A stretch of 64,000 nucleotides of DNA from Bacteriovoracia bacterium (lineage in GTDB: Bacteria; Bdellovibrionota; UBA1018; JBFWNL01): the NCBI GenBank assembly GCA_050251055.1, contig JBFWNL010000002.1:160001-224000 (forward strand). Reading direction: 5' to 3'. The position numbers and the translations under genes are program-made. Position 1 is the first letter of the stretch; every line of letters begins with the position of its first letter. Positions 59,591 through 64,000 of the stretch are shown here, piece by piece. A model generated the notes under the pieces. The model saw nothing but the letters and a program-made list of their open reading frames with translations, was not told the origin of the DNA and did no database searches.

Positions 59591-60220
59591 ATGATAAATG
59601 ACGACTTTTGGCGCGACCTTTGGAAGGCAAACGATTCTCCTTGGCATCAGGCAGAACCCGAATCTCTGCTCGCACGGCACGCTCCTCCCGGCGCGGGTAA
59701 ACGCGCGCTCGTTCCCCTTTGCGGAAAGTCGGTGGATTTGCTTTGGCTCATGCGCCAAGGATTCGAGGTAACCGGCGTCGAACTCAGCGAAATTCCTTGC
59801 CGAATGTTCTTCGAAGAAAGCGGCCTGCCCTATCGGGTGGAAAAGCGCGACGGATTTTCGGTGTTTCAAGGCGAACACATCCAAATCTGGTGTGGGGATT
59901 TTTTTCAGGTACCGGATTCAGCGCTCGCGCACGCGGATTACCTTTACGACCGCGCCGCGCTCATCGCCTTACCGCCCCAGGTACGGGAGAAATACGCCGC
60001 GCGCATCGCGAAGCTGGCACCGCGGCTGATGCACATTATTGGTCGCGAGGGCCGAGGCATGCCCGATGAGGGGCCTCCGTTTCGCGTGGACGAATCAGAG
60101 ATTCGGCGACTCTATTCGGCTGACTTCGCGATCGATATCTTGCAATCCTACGAACGCCCCAGCCGCCGCGATCCTTCCCTGCCCGTTAAAGAAAGCCTCT
60201 ACCGTCTAACGCCGTCATGA
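59591..60220 (+). CDS. Thiopurine S-methyltransferase family
   Basis: LVPLCGKSVDL, GVELS, YDRAALIALP, GPPF. Confidence 0.9.
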   Translation: MINDDFWRDLWKANDSPWHQAEPESLLARHAPPGAGKRALVPLCGKSVDLLWLMRQGFEVTGVELSEIPCRMFFEESGLPYRVEKRDGFSVFQGEHIQIWCGDFFQVPDSALAHADYLYDRAALIALPPQVREKYAARIAKLAPRLMHIIGREGRGMPDEGPPFRVDESEIRRLYSADFAIDILQSYERPSRRDPSLPVKESLYRLTPS

Positions 60221-60299
60221 TTTTGGCGTTGCTTGAGAAAAATGCTTATTTTCCGCGCGCCTTGACCAGCGGGATTTAAATTTCGATAATTGTTCGGAC

Positions 60300-61793
60300 G
60301 TGCCCGAGAAAGACGGAATTTTCTCACCGCGAAGGAGTCTCGCCTTATCGCTGGTGCTGCTGGGATCAGCCGCGCTTTCGAGTCAGCACGCGAATGCCGA
60401 AGCGCCGGGACGCGTGGCCGCGATTCAATTCGCCGCCGAAGAGCCCACTCCCCTGAACGTCACCCCGGATGAAGCCCAACGCTACCAAAAACGTATGTGG
60501 AACGAGCTGGCGAAACCCATCCGCCAAGCCGCGGCCGCTGGCGCCGAGCTGGTTGTCACCCCCGAACTCTCCGCAGCGGGTTATCCCGCCGACGATTACT
60601 ACACCCGTGACGACGTCGCTCCCCACGCCGACACGATTCCGGGCCGCGCCACCCGGCACTTCGGAGCCCTGGCGAAAGAGCTGGGGATCTACCTTCACAT
60701 CGGATTGATCGAACGCCGTGGCGAACGATATTTCAACGCGGTCGTGGCGCTGAACCCCCAAGGCGGCATTTCGGCGAGCTATCGGAAGATCAACCTATTC
60801 GGCATGGAGCCCCGCTACTTCGACTCGGGGAGGGAGCTGGCCAGCTATGTCACGCCGTTTGGTAGAGTGGCCATGATTATCTGCGCGGATGTCTATAACG
60901 CTTACCCCATGAAATCCTACCGGGACCAAGGCATCCAGCTTTTCGCCATGGGCGCGAGCTGGACCGTGAGCAGCGCCCTCGCCAGCTTTTCCAACTATGC
61001 TAGATCCAACGCCATGCACCTCATCGCGGCGAATACGCCGTACTTTCCCGGATCGGCCGTGGTGCGACCGGATGGCAGCCTTCAAGGTTCCGTCGCGCGC
61101 GGCGCCGGCGTCGCGTACGGCACATGGCCCCGAAAACGAAAAAAAACCGTATTTCTGATGACGTCCCCGCCACTCCGGCGTAACCTGGGGCGCATGTCGC
61201 TTACCGAAATCCAAAAAATAGAATCCGAGATCATGCAGCTCTCCATGAAGCTTCAAACGCTTCGTGCGGAAGCCAAACCCCAGCCTGTAAAAAACTACTC
61301 GTTCCAGGAACTCACCGGGGAAACGAACCTACTCGACCTCTTCGCCGACAAGGATGTTCTCTTCGTGATCCACAACATGGGTCAAGGCTGCCGATACTGT
61401 ACCCTCTGGGCAGACGGATTGAATGGATTTCTCCCACACTTGGAGGATCGCTTCGCCGTGGCCCTCGTGTCCAAAGACTCGCCTGCGGATCAACGGCGGA
61501 TCGCTAATCAACGCGGCTGGCGTTTTCGCATGGCTTCGCACGGTGGCGGCGCCTATATCCAGGAGCAGAGCGTGACCGGCACCGAGAAAAATGCTCCCGG
61601 CCTCGTCTGCTACGTGCGCGAAGGACAGCAGATTTTCAAAAAGAACTCCGCGGTTTTCGGGCCTGGTGACCTGTACTGCTCTATCTGGCACGTCTTGGGA
61701 CTGGGAGGGTTTAACGCCGAAAATTGGACCCCTCAATATACTTATTGGAAACGTCCCGAAAAGCTCGACGACGGTGGAAATAACGTCCTTTAA
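60300..61793 (+). CDS. In-frame fusion: secreted carbon-nitrogen hydrolase (to about 61140) plus DUF899 thioredoxin-like protein (internal ATG 61194)
   Basis: PE, YRKINL, ICAD nitrilase triad; then HNMGQGCRYCTLWADG..FGPGD.YC of DUF899. Confidence 0.75.
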   Translation: MPEKDGIFSPRRSLALSLVLLGSAALSSQHANAEAPGRVAAIQFAAEEPTPLNVTPDEAQRYQKRMWNELAKPIRQAAAAGAELVVTPELSAAGYPADDYYTRDDVAPHADTIPGRATRHFGALAKELGIYLHIGLIERRGERYFNAVVALNPQGGISASYRKINLFGMEPRYFDSGRELASYVTPFGRVAMIICADVYNAYPMKSYRDQGIQLFAMGASWTVSSALASFSNYARSNAMHLIAANTPYFPGSAVVRPDGSLQGSVARGAGVAYGTWPRKRKKTVFLMTSPPLRRNLGRMSLTEIQKIESEIMQLSMKLQTLRAEAKPQPVKNYSFQELTGETNLLDLFADKDVLFVIHNMGQGCRYCTLWADGLNGFLPHLEDRFAVALVSKDSPADQRRIANQRGWRFRMASHGGGAYIQEQSVTGTEKNAPGLVCYVREGQQIFKKNSAVFGPGDLYCSIWHVLGLGGFNAENWTPQYTYWKRPEKLDDGGNNVL

Positions 61794-61848
61794 AAAAGAA
61801 AAGGCCGCGCTTCTTGTTCGGGGCCTATCCTAGTGAAGCGCGGCCTTT
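61792..61848 (-). terminator. Intrinsic terminator with the longer U-tract on the minus strand
   Basis: 14-bp stem AAAGGCCGCGCTTC/GAAGCGCGGCCTTT; A-run 61792-61802. Confidence 0.75.
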
Positions 61849-62000
61849 GAATACTTCCACTGTGGTTAGCTAGAAGCACTCGGCTGGGAACCTAATTGTG
61901 TATCCAGGTTACCCCGCCTTTACGCCGCGGACAACGAACTCCCGGCGCCAACCTTGAGTCGTCGACCACGGTCGTGCACGAACCCGGCTTCAGGAGTCTG
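61792..62000 (-). ncRNA. Candidate structured non-coding RNA of unknown family
   Basis: Consecutive stems whose non-Watson-Crick positions are G-U only on the minus strand; minus-strand terminator; no minus-strand ORF. Confidence 0.55.
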
Positions 62001-62093
62001 TGAACAGCCGTGAACGGAGAATGCCGCCTAAACCCCTTATATTCGTTCATTTTTTAGCCAAATCCCTAAACTGGAACTCGACTGGGGGATTGC

Positions 62094-63554
62094 TTGGGGA
62101 CAAAAAAATACTTCCATATAGGGGTAGGAGCGGTCTTAGCGATCGTTTCGGCAAACGCGGCGCGGGCCTACGACCCTATCGTAGAATCTCAAAAGCGCCT
62201 CCGTGGCGTTGCGCTCCTGAATAGGTGCTATCTCATCATGGCGGGTCGCGCGCCCGCCTTCACCGATCCGATCTATCTCGCAGTAAAAGCGGGTACCCGC
62301 ACCGGCGCACAAGGCTGCATGGACTTGCTGGACAAAGCCCTTCTCAATGGCCAAGACCGCGTGGCCGACGCAACGGCGGGTTCTCTGGGCCTAGCCGTGC
62401 TCAATCACTTCCAACGGTTTCATCGCGGCTGGTTTCCGGTGGGCGACTTCGACGGACTAATGGGTCGCGGGGACAACGACCGCGTCCACCTGGACTCGAG
62501 CGCCGGAGCTAACTTCATTACCTATAACCTTTTCAAGGGACGGCCCTACTCCGAGACGGTCACGGGCGCGCAGGACATGCGCGCTCTTCGCAGCGAAGGC
62601 GTGGCGATGGTCCTGGGGGACAGCAACTACCAAGGCAGTCATGTGAACGGGGTAAAAGTCGGTACCTTGATCGGTGTTACCCCGTGGGCGACCGGGACGG
62701 GCTGGTACATGCGCAACGGGACGATGTTAAACTCCGCCACTGACTACAATCTCTACGGACAAAACGTACCGCCGGCCGGTTCACAGCTGCCACCCCGCGT
62801 TTCCGGAAACTCCGGAATTCTCGGCAGCAACTCCTACATCTACGGCAACATCCCAGGAAGCCGTCGGCCGGATGGCGCGCTCGCCATGAACCGCATATTA
62901 GCGAAAAACACCCTGGAGTCCCTCCTGTGTTTGAAAGCACCTTTTATCCGCGACGCCGACGCCGCCGGTTACGTCACTCCGGGCGCGGCCGCCCCGTTCC
63001 GCACGAACGCCCAATGCATGGCCTGCCACTACACCCAAGATTCCCTATCGGCCGCTTGGCGCAACTATGCAGTTTCGGGTTACCTCGTGATCGAGGGCGA
63101 TAAGACTGCCTTCGCCTCGCGCTACCCGGCCAACGGGGGACCAAACAGCCAACTCAACCATCACCTCGTTCAAGCAAGCGGAAACTATGGCTCGACCTAC
63201 CCTTACTTCACGCTGAAGTTCCGTAGTTACCTCGAAGGCGCTCCCTTGAAGGAGTTCAACGTCATCGACGTGATCAACTCCGACCAGGCCCTAGCCCGCA
63301 TGGGCCAGATATTTTCGGAGCAAGATGAATTTTACGCCTGCGCGGCGAAGCGATACTTCGCACATTTTACCGGCATCGACGCAAACTTCGCCGATCCCGG
63401 ACGGACGCCGCTAAATGCACAAGAAATTTACTATAAAGCGAAAGTGCTGGAGTTAGGCCAACGCCTCAAGCAGCACCAAAGCCTGCGGACGCTAATTCAG
63501 GAAATCGTGGAATCGGAACTGTTCCAGAAACAGGGACAGCGGGACCTTTACTAA
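62094..63554 (+). CDS. Secreted CxxCH protein resembling DUF1585/DUF1588 (PSD/PSCyt-associated) proteins
   Basis: Signal ending ARA; LLCL, CMACHYTQD, FYACAAKRYF, LIQEIVESELF. Confidence 0.7.
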   Translation: MGTKKYFHIGVGAVLAIVSANAARAYDPIVESQKRLRGVALLNRCYLIMAGRAPAFTDPIYLAVKAGTRTGAQGCMDLLDKALLNGQDRVADATAGSLGLAVLNHFQRFHRGWFPVGDFDGLMGRGDNDRVHLDSSAGANFITYNLFKGRPYSETVTGAQDMRALRSEGVAMVLGDSNYQGSHVNGVKVGTLIGVTPWATGTGWYMRNGTMLNSATDYNLYGQNVPPAGSQLPPRVSGNSGILGSNSYIYGNIPGSRRPDGALAMNRILAKNTLESLLCLKAPFIRDADAAGYVTPGAAAPFRTNAQCMACHYTQDSLSAAWRNYAVSGYLVIEGDKTAFASRYPANGGPNSQLNHHLVQASGNYGSTYPYFTLKFRSYLEGAPLKEFNVIDVINSDQALARMGQIFSEQDEFYACAAKRYFAHFTGIDANFADPGRTPLNAQEIYYKAKVLELGQRLKQHQSLRTLIQEIVESELFQKQGQRDLY

Positions 63555-63568
63555 GACGGGGTAGATGT

Positions 63569-64000
63569 ATGTGCGATCATCACAAGAAAACGCTTTCGAG
63601 ACGAGACTGGCTGGCACTCGCAGGCGCCGCATCGATCATCACGATGAAGCGCGACCCCCTCTATCTTCTCGTGAAAAGCATGATCAACGGCATGATAGTC
63701 CAGTCTGCCAACGCCGAAAACCCCAACGAATACCCTCGCAGTTATTTCTTAATCATGAGCCAGGGAGGCTACAACGGGTGGACGAGCATTTGCGGTTTGC
63801 AAGACGTAGCGAACAATCCCGTGCAAACGCATGCGGTCGTTCGCAACAAGTTCAATACCCCCAACTACTCCGGAAGTCTGGGGGATTTGGCCTACGGTCA
63901 CTATCTCTGGAACAGCACGAGCAATAACAACCAGCGGCCCACCTACCTCCCGGCGATTTGGGAAACCACCATCCCCACCCGATCCGGGGGAAGCGCGCCG
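63569..64000 (+). CDS. TAT-exported protein, DUF1501/DUF1552-like partner (partial, runs off the window)
   Basis: Frame from ATG 63569 (MCDHHKKTLSRRDWLALAGA) is open to the window end; twin-Arg motif. Confidence 0.65.
   Translation, partial: MCDHHKKTLSRRDWLALAGAASIITMKRDPLYLLVKSMINGMIVQSANAENPNEYPRSYFLIMSQGGYNGWTSICGLQDVANNPVQTHAVVRNKFNTPNYSGSLGDLAYGHYLWNSTSNNNQRPTYLPAIWETTIPTRSGGSAP

Noticed and set aside
61792-62000. 6S RNA or riboswitch assignment
   Set aside because: Serial hairpins rather than a single rod with a central bubble; no recognised aptamer consensus; no downstream minus-strand gene
63565-63927. 120-aa ORF from the track
   Set aside because: Wrong frame; the frame from 63569 has a TAT motif and stays open

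Overview
GC-rich bacterial chromosome segment, probably Bdellovibrionota/Oligoflexia-like (inferred from three TIGR02147/DUF4423 regulators, many orphan secreted or lipoproteins, and a large prepilin-type adhesin). It contains a caa3-type cytochrome c oxidase cluster with ctaA/ctaB (6.5-13.6 kb), an alternative complex III operon actABCDEF (21.1-28.6 kb), and a visibly AT-richer, left-truncated phage-satellite-like island (~30.35-38.35 kb). The island has a primase remnant, an XRE gene with tandem operators, a TerS-like gene and putative defence cargo, and ends at the 3' half of a tRNA-Ser(CGA). Also present are a persulfide-detoxification operon (42.9-45.8 kb) and a sigma54-driven stress/dormancy-like cluster with three -24/-12 promoters (47.4-55.7 kb). 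The most unusual signals are: (1) two copies of a 63-bp structured core (57/63 identical, one compensatory pair), each forming the loop of long inverted arms that are unrelated between loci and mirror local gene ends; (2) a recurring TIGR02147 regulator plus T-x-x-G-N Cys-patterned lipoprotein module; (3) an MqsR-like/MqsA-like/DUF6941-like three-gene module and a DUF4238 plus cyclase-like pair in the island; (4) a candidate ~210-nt minus-strand structured RNA at 61.8-62.0 kb. All family assignments come from motif recognition by eye, not database searches.
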